Positions 49,675 to 60,020 are shown, counted from the first letter of the stretch. The stretch is 64,000 nt of DNA from Candidatus Spongiisociaceae bacterium (GCA_965262915.1 OZ253564.1:1120001-1184000); one strand, 5' to 3'. The notes: generated by a model from the letters alone, not told the origin. Made by a program: numbers and translations.

Positions 49675-50100
49675 CTAGACGATCGACACCGCGTCGAGGC
49701 GTTTGACCGCCAGCCTGCGGTACAGGATGTTCTGATCCCAGAACCCCCGGATGGAAGTTATCCGGCCGTCGGAGACGCCCAGCATCCATACTTGGTCGAG
49801 GTCGATGTGTTTTTCCTGGTTGACGACGCCTAGATAGTCGGCGGCCTGGGTGCCCTCCATCTTCAATTCCGTGACCGCCGTACCGTCGGTTCCCATGAAG
49901 TGGTTCTTGGTGGTGAGAAGAAGATCCGGGAAGGCCGTGACCGTGGCCGCGAAGAAGCCTCTGGCCTCGTCCCTGCCACCCTTGACGTTGGCCGCCAGAA
50001 GATCGACGGTGGCGTCGGCCGAGACCAGATCCATCGCTCCGTCAACATCCCCTGCACTGATCGCGTCCCAGAAGGCGCCGGCTGTGTCGGACATCGGCAT
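49675..50100 (-). CDS. SnoaL-like ester cyclase family protein
   Basis: AFPDL, MEGTQ, GRITSIRGFWD. Confidence 0.82.
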   Translation of the reverse strand: MPMSDTAGAFWDAISAGDVDGAMDLVSADATVDLLAANVKGGRDEARGFFAATVTAFPDLLLTTKNHFMGTDGTAVTELKMEGTQAADYLGVVNQEKHIDLDQVWMLGVSDGRITSIRGFWDQNILYRRLAVKRLDAVSIV

Positions 50101-50110
50101 CACCTCCCTG

Positions 50111-51130
50111 TCAGAGTATTGCGAGGCTCTTGAGCACCGCATCGGCCACCGCGTCGGCGGAGCCCGGGTTCTGGGCGGTGATCAGGTTACGGTCCACCAC
50201 GACATGGGACGACCAGGCGCTGCGCCCGTCGTCGAACACCGCCCCGGCGTTGCGGAGGGTGCTCTCTAGGTACCAGGAGAGACCATGCTGCCCGGGGCGG
50301 GTCTGGTCCTCTTCCTCGTCGGTGAACGACGTGACCCGGTAGCCGTCGAACAGCCACTGGCCGTCCAGGTTGGCGGGAGCCGACAGGAGGAAGGCGGGTC
50401 CGTGGCACACCGATGCGATGGCCGCCTGCTTCTCGTGGAGGATGCCGATCACCCTGGTCACGTCGGGGTTGTCGGACAAGTCCACCATGGGGCCATGGCC
50501 CCCGGGTACGAACACCGCGTCGAACTCCGCGATGTCCTCGTCGCTCAAGGTCGAAAGGTTGGCCGGGGAGACGAAGGCGGGTAGAGAATCGAGAGCGTCC
50601 TTGACCCGCTGCGATTCTGCGTCGCTGTCGGCGATCACCTCGGCGAGGGCGGATTCGAGGTCGGCCCGGGTGACGGACTCGGGTAGGTCCCGGGCTTCGA
50701 GTTCGTCCAGGAACTGGGTGTCGTTCCGCCATGAGGCGAAGGCAGCGCCGGATATGAGCTTGCGAGCCTCGACCGGGTGCATGCCGGTCCCCTTGAGCCG
50801 GTTGAACACCCGCAGCGCGGAGATCATGCCCAGTTCGGTCAGGTGGTGCAGGGTCAGGCGGATGTCGTCAACATCGTGCGCGAACGTCCGGGTGATGCTG
50901 TTGAGGAAGTCCTCGTCGTCATCCGGGTAGTGGAAGATCTCCTCGAGGCCGTAGGGGTCGGCGTAGGGGGAGCGGCCGTCGGGCGTGGTCACCACCACAT
51001 CAACACCCGCCTCGACAAAGCGTTCGTACGGCGTGAGCGCCTCGTCGGCGAAGTAGCCGGTCTCGTGCATGGAACCGTTGGCGAGCTGCATCTCCCGCGC
51101 GCTCGACACCAGGAACAACAATCGTGGCAT
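50111..51130 (-). CDS. DJ-1/PfpI (type 1 GATase-like, Hsp31-like) protein with insertion
   Basis: TGYFADE, PGGHGPMVDL, SVCHGP, ITAQNPGS. Confidence 0.9.
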   Translation of the reverse strand: MPRLLFLVSSAREMQLANGSMHETGYFADEALTPYERFVEAGVDVVVTTPDGRSPYADPYGLEEIFHYPDDDEDFLNSITRTFAHDVDDIRLTLHHLTELGMISALRVFNRLKGTGMHPVEARKLISGAAFASWRNDTQFLDELEARDLPESVTRADLESALAEVIADSDAESQRVKDALDSLPAFVSPANLSTLSDEDIAEFDAVFVPGGHGPMVDLSDNPDVTRVIGILHEKQAAIASVCHGPAFLLSAPANLDGQWLFDGYRVTSFTDEEEDQTRPGQHGLSWYLESTLRNAGAVFDDGRSAWSSHVVVDRNLITAQNPGSADAVADAVLKSLAIL

Positions 51131-51500
51131 GGCAAATCATCCTTCCGCAGCTATACCGGTCGGCCTGCCGCATCGGAGCTGCCGGATGACGATCGTATGC
51201 CCGCGTCCGGCAACTGAACAAGAACCGGCGCTCGCGAGGCTATCAGATACGACGCTCCGGTGTCAGATTATCGATCCGATCCGGCGAGGTCTTGCCGGCG
51301 GCCCATCCTTCCTTCGCGATGGCGAACCACGTTTGCGGTCGCCCGGTGCTTTTCTGCGGTTCGGCCGTCGCGGACGTGATCGCCCGCCACCGCGCCCCAC
51401 CAGCGGAAAACGCGGATTAGCCGGTGGAAGCGCCGGACGGATGTCGAGCACCCGGAACGCGACCCGAGCGGTCCGGTTCCGGGTGGGTAGGCTGACGCCG

Positions 51501-51869
51501 ATGAGAGAGTCTGTGGCGGGCGCGCTGATCGTCCTGATGCTGGCCGCGTGCGGCGGTGAGGACTCCGGCACCGACGACGACGGTCCGCAGATCCCGCAGG
51601 GTACGGAGGAAGCCCAGGCGTCCTTCGAGCAATTCCTGAGCAGCCCCTTCATAAGCGAATCGCAGGCCGAGGAGACGAGAGCCATGGTCTGGAGCGCCTG
51701 TACCGCGTTCGATGAAGGGGCCACCTGGCCGGAGTTCGAGGATCAGACCAAGGCCGACGCCGAGGCGGAGGGCAGGCCCCTCGGAAGTCTCCAGATAGCC
51801 GGGATGCGCACCGCCGCCGGCAAGGGTATTGCGGCCTACTGCCCCCGTCACTCGGACAAAGCACCATAG
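51501..51869 (+). CDS. Small lipoprotein (DUF732-like)
   Basis: Lipobox LAAC; ..ACTAF..G ... AAYCP. Confidence 0.6.
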   Translation: MRESVAGALIVLMLAACGGEDSGTDDDGPQIPQGTEEAQASFEQFLSSPFISESQAEETRAMVWSACTAFDEGATWPEFEDQTKADAEAEGRPLGSLQIAGMRTAAGKGIAAYCPRHSDKAP

Positions 51870-51911
51870 GCCCGTAGCCGGTCCCCCGTGGTTAGTGGTT
51901 ATTTGTAATAG

Positions 51912-53168
51912 TTGATAGCTACACCCCCGGCGAGCTGGCACCTGGCACCTGGCACCTGGCACCTGGCACCTGGCACCTGGCACCTGGCACCTGGCTACAA
52001 GGTGATCCCCGACCCCGACGCTCCGGGGCGTCACAACTACTTCCCGCATCAGGGGTTGGGCGGTATAAGGATGTTCTCCGCTCTCTGCCGGAAGCTGGAA
52101 GCGGATGGCGGCCGTATCCTCCTCGGAACGGGCTTCTCGCGATTACGGACCGGCGACCGGGGCGAAGTGGTAGGGGCGGTGTGTAACAGCGACCGAGGCG
52201 TCATCGATGTCGACGCCGCGGCGACCGTGCTGGCGACAGGGAGTTTCAGCCGCAACACCGAACTCAAGGTGCGGTACTTCGGAATCAACGGCGACCGCAC
52301 CAGCTATTACGGTTCCCGCCATCACGACGGGGACGGCATCCTGGCGGCGCTGGATGTGGGTGCCTCGGTTAGCAGCGGCATCTCCGTGAGCACCGGCGGA
52401 TGTGTGTTCGCCCCGCCCTTCGAGCCGCCCGACGACCGGCACGTGTTCCTGGGGGGCGGGAGTGGTCTGGCATTGGAGCAACGCCGGATGCCCGAGCCGG
52501 TGCCTTCCGGTGTCCAGCGGCTCAGCCTCCGCCCGCCGATCTGGGGTGACGAGCCGTCGATCCTCGTGAACCTCGACGGCGACCGCTTCGTCGACGAGTC
52601 CTCCCGCTACACGGTGATCGGCTGGGCGACGACCGGCCAGCGCGAGGGGCTGGGCTTCTGCATATTCGACCACCCGGTCTACGTGGAATACGCGGAGACC
52701 ATCGAGGTCGCCCGCGGGATGGGTGCATGGACCTTGCGCGCGAACACGGTCGAAGAACTGGCTCTCGGACTTGCCGGCTGGCGGAGGACTCCCTCATACA
52801 ACGAAGGCGTGAACCCCCGCCGGCTCCTCCGTACGCTGGCCGAATACAACGCGGCCGCCCGGGGCCGCAGGCTGGATGACCTGTGGCCGCCACGCAAGGA
52901 GGGCGGCCGACCCCTCAACCGGCCCCCCTTCTACGCTTCGCCTGTGGTTCAAGGGGTAGTGGACCCGGCGGGTGGATTGCGCATCGACTCGGATGCCCGG
53001 GTTCTCGACCGAGGAGGGCGCCCCATCGCAGGTCTCTTCGCGGCAGGCGCCGACGCCGGCCGCGCCTACACGCGCGAGCACGGGGGCTTCGCCTTCCGTC
53101 TGATCTTCGGCCGCCGCGCGGGAACCAGTGCGGCATGGCTGTCGAGTCAGGTGCCTGACCGCCGCTAG
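51912..53168 (+). pseudogene. FAD_binding_2 flavoprotein (fumarate reductase/KstD-like), N-terminally truncated
   Basis: VLATGSF, GDGI, VNLDGDRFVDE, GGLRID, IAGLFAAG; N-terminal GxGxxG absent. Confidence 0.75.
51935..51995 (+). repeat. Heptamer tandem repeat (CTGGCAC) x8.7
   Basis: Eight perfect units plus CTGGC read directly. Confidence 0.95.
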
Positions 53169-53363
53169 CCGTCTCAGTAAGGGTCGCGTGCCCTGTGGCG
53201 TCCCGATGAGTGGTGGAGGCGGAGGTTGGGCCCGATAGGGATGGTAAGCAGCGGCTTGTTGCGATGTTCGCGTTCGTACGGTCAGGAGTGGCAGGGCCAT
53301 GAGAAAGAGGCGTCCCGTTGGCCGGGCCGCCTCTGTCGGTTGATCGATTGTGCAGCCAGTCGT

Positions 53364-54275
53364 TCAGCGGCCGAAGCCATCCCAGGGGCCGATGGTGCGG
53401 GACCGGTTGGGGATGCCGGCGATCTCGGGCGCCTGCATGGGATCGTCCGGGTCGTAGTTCTCGGCGATCCCCTTCACGATGAAGTCCGGCTCGAGGGTGA
53501 CCCAGTTGATCAGGTCGCCGTCGAGGCGGAAGATCCAGGTGGTGCCTTCCTCGTTGTCGGCGAGGAACGAACCGTGCTTCACCCTCGCAGGACGCCAGAA
53601 GTAGGCGCCCGGTGAGATCGGTCCGTAGTTGTAGGTCATGCTGCCCGAGAGGCAGTAGGCCTCCTCGAACACCGGGTGGTGCATGAGCCTCTCGTCACCC
53701 CACCCTGCAGGAGCGTGACACACGAAGGTGCGGAAACCCTTGGTCTGGTGGTCGGGATCCCAGTCGAAGTAGAGGTCCTTCTTCTGCAGGAACTGCTGGG
53801 TGAGTCCCCGTTCCGGCTTGTTCTGGATGAAGTCCATCTTCTCGCTGTGCATGATCGTGAGCTCGCCGGGTTCCTCCGACACCGTGTTCCCGCCCTTGGG
53901 GATGAAGTCGCTCTCGTCCCGATCGGCGATCGAGAAGCCCCAGTCGCCGTATTCACGGAATATCAGAACCTCCGAGCCGGACTCGATTCGCATGTGCGGA
54001 ACTCTGAGACCGGCCGGGGCCCGCCAGTATCCGCCGGGTCCGAAGTCCTGGTCTCCGAGGTGGACCCGGCCGTTGAGCACGAACCATTCGGTGTCGGCGC
54101 TGTGGTACCCGCCCGGGCGGCCCCAGTCCGTCTCGAAGAAGACCTTGAAGGACCCGGCCCCGTTCTCCTCGTCGTACGAGAGGTTCTGCTGGCGGGCCCG
54201 ACCCTCACCGCGTGGTAGCTCGGGCGCATGCCATATGAGATCCTGCTCGTGTACCAGTTCGACGTGCGGTCGCAT
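53364..54275 (-). CDS. Double-cupin protein (DUF4437/ChrR-like)
   Basis: GYHSADTEWFVLNG; HHPVFEEAYCLSG; YFWRPARVKHG. Confidence 0.75.
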   Translation of the reverse strand: MRPHVELVHEQDLIWHAPELPRGEGRARQQNLSYDEENGAGSFKVFFETDWGRPGGYHSADTEWFVLNGRVHLGDQDFGPGGYWRAPAGLRVPHMRIESGSEVLIFREYGDWGFSIADRDESDFIPKGGNTVSEEPGELTIMHSEKMDFIQNKPERGLTQQFLQKKDLYFDWDPDHQTKGFRTFVCHAPAGWGDERLMHHPVFEEAYCLSGSMTYNYGPISPGAYFWRPARVKHGSFLADNEEGTTWIFRLDGDLINWVTLEPDFIVKGIAENYDPDDPMQAPEIAGIPNRSRTIGPWDGFGR

Positions 54276-54393
54276 CCGGTCACTCCTTGTCGCACCTACA
54301 CGGGCGAGTTTCGAGTGCGGGGGGCCGGGTGTCAAGCCCGTTCGGACGGAGGGTCGGCTACGCTGCGCCGGCGTGACGGGAGAGGAGCGCGAC

Positions 54394-54735
54394 GTGGGGA
54401 TCACCGAACTTGCCGCGCAGATCGAGGGGTTTCTCGATTCGGTTCCCGAAGGGAGCGATGTCCGGGCGTTCCTCCGTGCGGTCGAGGGCGTGTCGGATGT
54501 GGCGGTCCCGGTTTACGACGGACCGATCGAGCTGCTGGTGGCGCCGTCGGCGATCATCGGGAACGACGGCTCGCCCATCGTCACCAAAGAGGCCACCCGC
54601 GGTCAGTTGATCGACGCCGCGGCGGGGTTCAGGACCAACGCGCAGAAGCTGATCGGGGAGGCGGGCCGGGCGATGGCGACCGCGATCACCCTCGAGCAGC
54701 TTGCCGACAGCCTCGCCCCCGGCAGGAGACGATAG
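54394..54735 (+). CDS. Hypothetical protein
   Basis: GAGGAG RBS before GTG; coding-like GC3 bias. Confidence 0.55.
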   Translation: MGITELAAQIEGFLDSVPEGSDVRAFLRAVEGVSDVAVPVYDGPIELLVAPSAIIGNDGSPIVTKEATRGQLIDAAAGFRTNAQKLIGEAGRAMATAITLEQLADSLAPGRRR

Positions 54736-54825
54736 GGCCGCCGCTACCAGGGCCCCGATCCCCCGATTCCCGCGCGACGAACCACACTCGCTGCGGGATA
54801 CCCGAACCGGTTGAGCCGGGTCGGG

Positions 54826-56358
54826 TCAGGTTCCGAGTACCCCCGGATTCATGATTCCGTTCGGATCGAGTTGCCGCTTCAGCGTCCGGACGTAGCCGGA
54901 GTAGCCCTCGGAGATGTGGCCTGCAAAGTCGTAGTAGCGACCGATCTGGAAGTTGACCGCGCCGTGGTCCTGGTAGATGGTGGCAACGTCGTTCCGGAAA
55001 TCGGAGGCCACGCGGCGGGCCCCGTCGAAGCGGCCCCTGCGGCGGGTCACGCCTTTCACGAGGGCCTTGACCGCCATGCCCGTTGGTACCTTCCCGAGCA
55101 TCTTCACGTTCCGGGGATTGAGGACGTACGCCCGACGGAGCGGATCCAGTTCGTCGGGCCACACGATGTTGGTCTCGACCAGTAGCTGTCCCTTGACCGC
55201 ACACATCAGGTGGTAGTAGTAGACGTGTTCCCGCTCGAAGGCGCCGGCATACTGCTCCGCCAGCTTGTCGACCTTCTCCATAAGGTCGAGGGTGGCCGAG
55301 AACGGAACGATCCCATGAACGGGCGCCCAGACCTCGCCGTTGGTCGATACCAGCGAAGCGGTGATACCGCCGACGAATCCCATGAACGGCTCGTCCCGCC
55401 ACTTCCCGGCGAGTTCACCGGCCAATTCCCGGCCTCCGTGGTCACCAACGATGGACCGGATGGCGCCTGCGTTGGCGGAAATCACCTCCGCGCTCAGACC
55501 CTCGGTCGAGGCGTGCAGCACCTCGGCCGCTCCGGCGAGAAAGCCGTACCCGGCTCTGATCAGGCTGTCTAGACGCTTGCTGGACAGGTAGAAGACCTCC
55601 GATGCCAGTCGTGACCGAGCTATGCCTGACATAGCGGTGAGGAGTTCCGAGAGGGAGGGGAAGTCGAAGCTCATGGACTCGTGTCCATGAGGCTGCTCCA
55701 TCAACTCGAAGCTGGCTTCTGTCTTGACTCCGAATGCCCCCGAGTCCCCCACGAACATCCCGGTCAGGTCCGGCCCGTAGTACCGGAAGTGGCGCCATCC
55801 GTCCACATGGGCGCCCGAGCCGGTCCTGATCACTTCCCCGCCGGGAGTGACCACCTCGAGGCCGAGAAGCGTGTCTCCCACCGTCCCGTACTTGCCGGAC
55901 CCGTACCAGACGGCGTTGTTCGATATGCATCCCCCGAGGGTCGATCCTTCACCCGACAGCGGCCCCCAGAAGACCATACGCAGGCCCCTCTCGGACAGGA
56001 CGGAGTGGAGATCCTTCCAGGTGCAGCCGGTCTGGGCGGTGATCGACATGGAGTCCACGTCGATCTCCTGTATGGCGTTCATGCGGGATGTGTCGAGGAG
56101 GATCCCGCCTGCCACGGTCGGCGTGTAGCCGAGCGTATACGAGAGGCCGCCGCCCCTCGGATAGATTGGGGTTCCGTGCTCGTTGGCGAGGCGGACGACG
56201 CCCGCCACCTCCCCGGTCGTGGCGGGCTGGACCACGAATTCGGCCGGCGCCACCTCCAGCCGGCTCAGGTCGGTGCCGTAGTACGCCAAGTCCCTCTTCG
56301 CGGTGGAGACGTGGGCGCCACCGACGACATCCCTGAGGTCTTGCTTCAACTGGTTCAC
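54826..56358 (-). CDS. FAD-linked oxidase (GlcD/D-lactate dehydrogenase family)
   Basis: VVQP, PRGGG, STLGG, GDSGAFGVKTE, LDPNGIMNPG. Confidence 0.9.
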   Translation of the reverse strand: MNQLKQDLRDVVGGAHVSTAKRDLAYYGTDLSRLEVAPAEFVVQPATTGEVAGVVRLANEHGTPIYPRGGGLSYTLGYTPTVAGGILLDTSRMNAIQEIDVDSMSITAQTGCTWKDLHSVLSERGLRMVFWGPLSGEGSTLGGCISNNAVWYGSGKYGTVGDTLLGLEVVTPGGEVIRTGSGAHVDGWRHFRYYGPDLTGMFVGDSGAFGVKTEASFELMEQPHGHESMSFDFPSLSELLTAMSGIARSRLASEVFYLSSKRLDSLIRAGYGFLAGAAEVLHASTEGLSAEVISANAGAIRSIVGDHGGRELAGELAGKWRDEPFMGFVGGITASLVSTNGEVWAPVHGIVPFSATLDLMEKVDKLAEQYAGAFEREHVYYYHLMCAVKGQLLVETNIVWPDELDPLRRAYVLNPRNVKMLGKVPTGMAVKALVKGVTRRRGRFDGARRVASDFRNDVATIYQDHGAVNFQIGRYYDFAGHISEGYSGYVRTLKRQLDPNGIMNPGVLGT

Positions 56359-56416
56359 GGCGCCATCTCCGACCGCAGGCTAGGACCGGGCCAGACTACA
56401 GCTCGACCAGGGCGTG

Positions 56417-57123
56417 TCACGCCCCGAGCATCTCGAATGACTCGGCCATGAGCGACTCGTCCCAGGACCCGATGGACTGGACATAGAAGCGGGTGACGCC
56501 CACTCCGGCCAACCGGGCCATCTGATCGGCGACCTGGTGAGGGGTTCCATGGGGGAGTAGGCACTCCGCGAAGCCGGCCTCCAGGTCGTCGGCGTCCATC
56601 CTCCGGTAGGCGGCGCCCTGCTCGAGCCTTCTTCGGTAGCTCGCCCGGTCGGTTCCCACGATGACGGGTCCCATTGCGCTTACCCGAAGGGCTCCGGGTG
56701 GCCGCCCAGCTGCTAGGGCGGCCTCCCTCGCCCGCCTTATCCGGGCCTCGAGGTCGTCGATCGGGGCGAGAAGGGCAAGGTTGTACTCGTCGGCGTACGT
56801 ACCTGCCAGGTACGGTGACCTCCGGGGTCCGAATCCACCGACCATTAGTGGAAGCGCTCCGGTGGGGGACGGTTCGACCGGCTCCGCATCCAGGTAGTAG
56901 TGCTTGCCGGAGAATCCGGGAGGGCCCTTGCCGAACGCGGCCCTCAGATAACCCAGCGCCTCCTCCAGCCGCTCCCAGCGTTCGGGCCACGGTGGGTACG
57001 GGATGCCGAACCGGCGGTGTTCCTCATCGAGCCATCCCGTTCCCAGGCCCAGGGTGAAACGTCCCCCGGACATGTGATCGATGGTCACCGACTGCTTGGC
57101 CAGAACCGACGGGTGGCGGAAGT
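56417..57123 (-). pseudogene. LLM-class flavin/F420-dependent oxidoreductase, N-terminus deleted
   Basis: FRHPSVLAK...IDHMSGGRFTLGLGTGW..EH; abrupt 5' end. Confidence 0.82.
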
Positions 57124-57232
57124 CATGTGTACCCGCACTGGTTCGGTCTCGACATCAATCACTGCCGCTACTACCCGATCTACTCGGTGTGCGCAGAACT
57201 CGGCATCCCGATCGCCATGCAGGTCGGCAGCC
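57124..57232 (+). pseudogene. Amidohydrolase_2 internal fragment
   Basis: YPHWFGL.....YYPIYSVCAELGIPIAMQVG. Confidence 0.7.
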
Positions 57233-57779
57233 AGTCGAGACGTTCGGGCGGTTGGACGGTCTGGTCTGCTGTGTCGGGTCGACACCTCTCGGTGACTTCT
57301 CGGTCGTGAACGATCACGATTGGCGGCAGGCCTTCGAGATGAAGGTGCTGGCGACGATCAGGGCTATCCGGGTGGCGCGGCCTCACTTGGCGGCGACCGG
57401 CGCAGGACGCGTGGTGGCGGTAACCGGCAACGCCTCGCGCACCCGTCTCCCATACCTACTGACCTCCACCATCATGAACGCCGGACTCGAGGCCCTCGTT
57501 TCCTCGCTGTCCCGCCAGTTCTCCGCTGATGGGATCGCGATCAACGCGGTGTCTCCGGGGCCGGTCAACACCAGGCGCTACGAAGGGCTGGTGGAGGCGG
57601 TGGCTGTCCATACAGGGTTGGACTCGCCATCGGCCTGGCGTCACATAGAGGCGTCCATCCCGGCAGGACGTATCACGGAACCCGAAGAGGTGGTCCGCCT
57701 TGTTGCGTATCTCGTGGCCCCCTCAGCAGCGCCGGTCACAGGTAGCACCTACATCATCGACGGTGGCCAGAGCCCCTGA
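57233..57779 (+). pseudogene. SDR oxidoreductase, N-terminus deleted
   Basis: FGRLDGLV, INAVSPGPV.T, TGSTYIIDGG; no Rossmann motif. Confidence 0.8.
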
Positions 57780-57893
57780 CCTGGTGTCCTTTATTGAGGT
57801 CGCCGGGCGACCTCCACGGTGCTGCGAGCCCGATTCGCGACGGACGCGATACGCCGGGTCGATGTCAGAGCGCGCAAAGGGTACGTCCAGAGG

Positions 57894-58082
57894 TCACGAG
57901 GGCCAGGACAGGATGACAGAAACCGCCAAGGCCAACCCACCGAGGAAGATGCCGGCAAGCCATTTGGTCTGGCGGAAGATGGTGCGTTCGACATCGCGCA
58001 ACGCCTCGGATAGGTCGGTGCGTGCCTCTGCCTGACGTGCCTCGTCCTCCGCGTCTACCAGAGATTCGGTAACGGCTGCCAT
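57894..58082 (-). CDS. Short coiled-coil plus C-terminal TM protein (DUF1640-like, possibly partial)
   Basis: ARTDLSEALRDVE...TKWLAGIFLGG. Confidence 0.45.
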   Translation of the reverse strand: MAAVTESLVDAEDEARQAEARTDLSEALRDVERTIFRQTKWLAGIFLGGLALAVSVILSWPS

Positions 58083-58166
58083 GCGGACCCCCGGCTGTCA
58101 ACGTCAGCTATCGTACTGTAGTTGAGTATAAGTGAGTTAATGTTAGCTGTCCACTCGCGTGGGCTT

Positions 58167-58273
58167 CTAGGAGGGTGGTGCAAAACCCCTTCACGGCGCG
58201 TCGACCGATGACATAATGCCTGTTCAGAGGAAGACGGGCCGTTGCTCCCCACCGTTTTAGACCACCCTTCTAG
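58167..58273. mobile_element. MITE-like element
   Basis: 16-bp imperfect IRs GAGGGTGGTGCAAAAC / GTTTTAGACCACCCTT, each flanked by CTAG. Confidence 0.6.
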
Positions 58274-58412
58274 ACCACATGCTTGCTCCGCCTCGCGACC
58301 TGAGCTTTCGGCGTAGCGGGTCCCGGCGGATCACTTTGCCGCGTCCTGCTGTCCGGATGCGAGTGGATCCGCGTCGAGGACTCCGGGGGCGCGTATCCCC
58401 GTGTGCCGCGGG

Positions 58413-59954
58413 TCAAGAGGAGAAGCGCTCCCGCAGATCGCGTTTGAGCACCTTCATGCCGGCGTTGCGGGGGAGTACGTCGACCGTCTCGTAGCGGCGG
58501 GGGACCTTGTAGCGAGCGAGTTGCGAGCGGCACAGCTCATCCAGTTGGTCCACGGGGAGCGGTCCCTCCCCTCGTGTGACCACCACCGCGGTCACCTGCT
58601 CTCCCCACTTCTCCGACGGCAGCCCGATGACGGCAACATCCTGAACGGATGGGTGCCGCACAAGAACTTCCTCGACATCACGCGGATACACGTTGGCGCC
58701 TCCCGAGATGATCAGGTCCTTCTTGCGGTCGACGATGTAGTGGTAGTTCTCGTCGTCGACCATCGCCAGGTCACCGGCCGAGAAGAAGCCGTCCTCGGTG
58801 GTCGACTCGGCAGTGGCCTCGGGGTTCTTGTAGTACCCGTTCATCAGGTACGGGGATCTGGAGAAGAGTTCACCGATCTCGCCGGGCTGGACGGGGTTGC
58901 CATCCTCGTCGACGACGCGAACCTCGGTCATGAACCAGGCCGGCCCTACGCAGCGCTCCTTGCGCATGATGTCGGCCGGCCGCAGGTTCGTCACGATGGC
59001 CGCCTCGGTCGATCCGTAGAGCTCGTGGAGACCGACATCGGGGAACATCCCGTGTACCCACTCCTTTAGCGCCTGGGGGAGGGGGGCGGCGTTGAAGTAG
59101 ATGACCTCGAGAGAGGAGATGTCGAAGCTGCGGATAGCGTCCTCACCCAGGGAGCGGACCAGAGCGGCATGGGTCGGCACCAGGAAGACCGTGTGGGGCC
59201 GGTCCCGCTCGATAATCGAGAGCAGGCCGTCGGGACTGAAGGCTCGCAGCATCGAAACTGTCCCGCCGGTATGGACCGCCGCGTACGCAAACGCAAAACC
59301 TGCTCCGTGGTACATGGGAGCCACCGCGATGGTCGTCCTCCCCGGTCCGAGGCCCCATTCCAGGGCGGTCGCGTAGAAGGTCAGGGTCCTGGAACGGTGG
59401 CTGATGACCACTCCCTTGGGGTTGCCGGTTGTCCCGGAGGTATAGGCGATGGCGAACGGGTCGGTCTCCGCCACGCGGATCCTGGGATCGATGCTCCGGG
59501 CGTTCTCGAGAGCGTTCTCGTAGCTCCGCCCTGCCTCCTGACCTCCGATGGACAGGACGGTGGCCGGTTCGCGCGACTCGGTGGCGGCGGTGGCGTTACC
59601 GGCGAGCGAGTTTTCGAGGATGAGCGCCCTGGCGTCGGAGCGGTCGAAGATGAAGTCGACCTCCGGCGCAGGCGATTTGGGGTTGAGCGGGATCATCACC
59701 ATGCCCGCCTTGGCGATACCCGCCGCTACCTCGCAGTATTCGAGCCGGTTGCCGCTGAGGAACCCTACGTGGTCACCCGGATGGAGGCCGGCGGCGAGCA
59801 AGACGTTGGCGACACGGTTGGAACGGTCGTCGAGTTCTGCATACGTCTGCGTGCGGTCGCCGTCGATTACCGCCGTAGCGCCCGGTGTGGCGATCGCGAA
59901 CTCACGGATGCCGTTGGCGATGTTGAGGTCTGCGCCTCGGGGAAGGATTGCCAT
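58413..59954 (-). CDS. AMP-binding acyl-CoA ligase
   Basis: YTSGTTGNPKG, YGSTE, GDL, DRKKDLIISGGANVYP. Confidence 0.95.
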   Translation of the reverse strand: MAILPRGADLNIANGIREFAIATPGATAVIDGDRTQTYAELDDRSNRVANVLLAAGLHPGDHVGFLSGNRLEYCEVAAGIAKAGMVMIPLNPKSPAPEVDFIFDRSDARALILENSLAGNATAATESREPATVLSIGGQEAGRSYENALENARSIDPRIRVAETDPFAIAYTSGTTGNPKGVVISHRSRTLTFYATALEWGLGPGRTTIAVAPMYHGAGFAFAYAAVHTGGTVSMLRAFSPDGLLSIIERDRPHTVFLVPTHAALVRSLGEDAIRSFDISSLEVIYFNAAPLPQALKEWVHGMFPDVGLHELYGSTEAAIVTNLRPADIMRKERCVGPAWFMTEVRVVDEDGNPVQPGEIGELFSRSPYLMNGYYKNPEATAESTTEDGFFSAGDLAMVDDENYHYIVDRKKDLIISGGANVYPRDVEEVLVRHPSVQDVAVIGLPSEKWGEQVTAVVVTRGEGPLPVDQLDELCRSQLARYKVPRRYETVDVLPRNAGMKVLKRDLRERFSS

Positions 59955-60020
59955 ATCACCTCACAGATTTGGCCACGAGACTAACGAGGCAATCCACCAT
60001 CCTATTCTTGGCAGCCCCAG

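Noticed and set aside
51935-51995. Heptamer tract as a mini-CRISPR
   Set aside because: No spacers; it is a simple tandem repeat.
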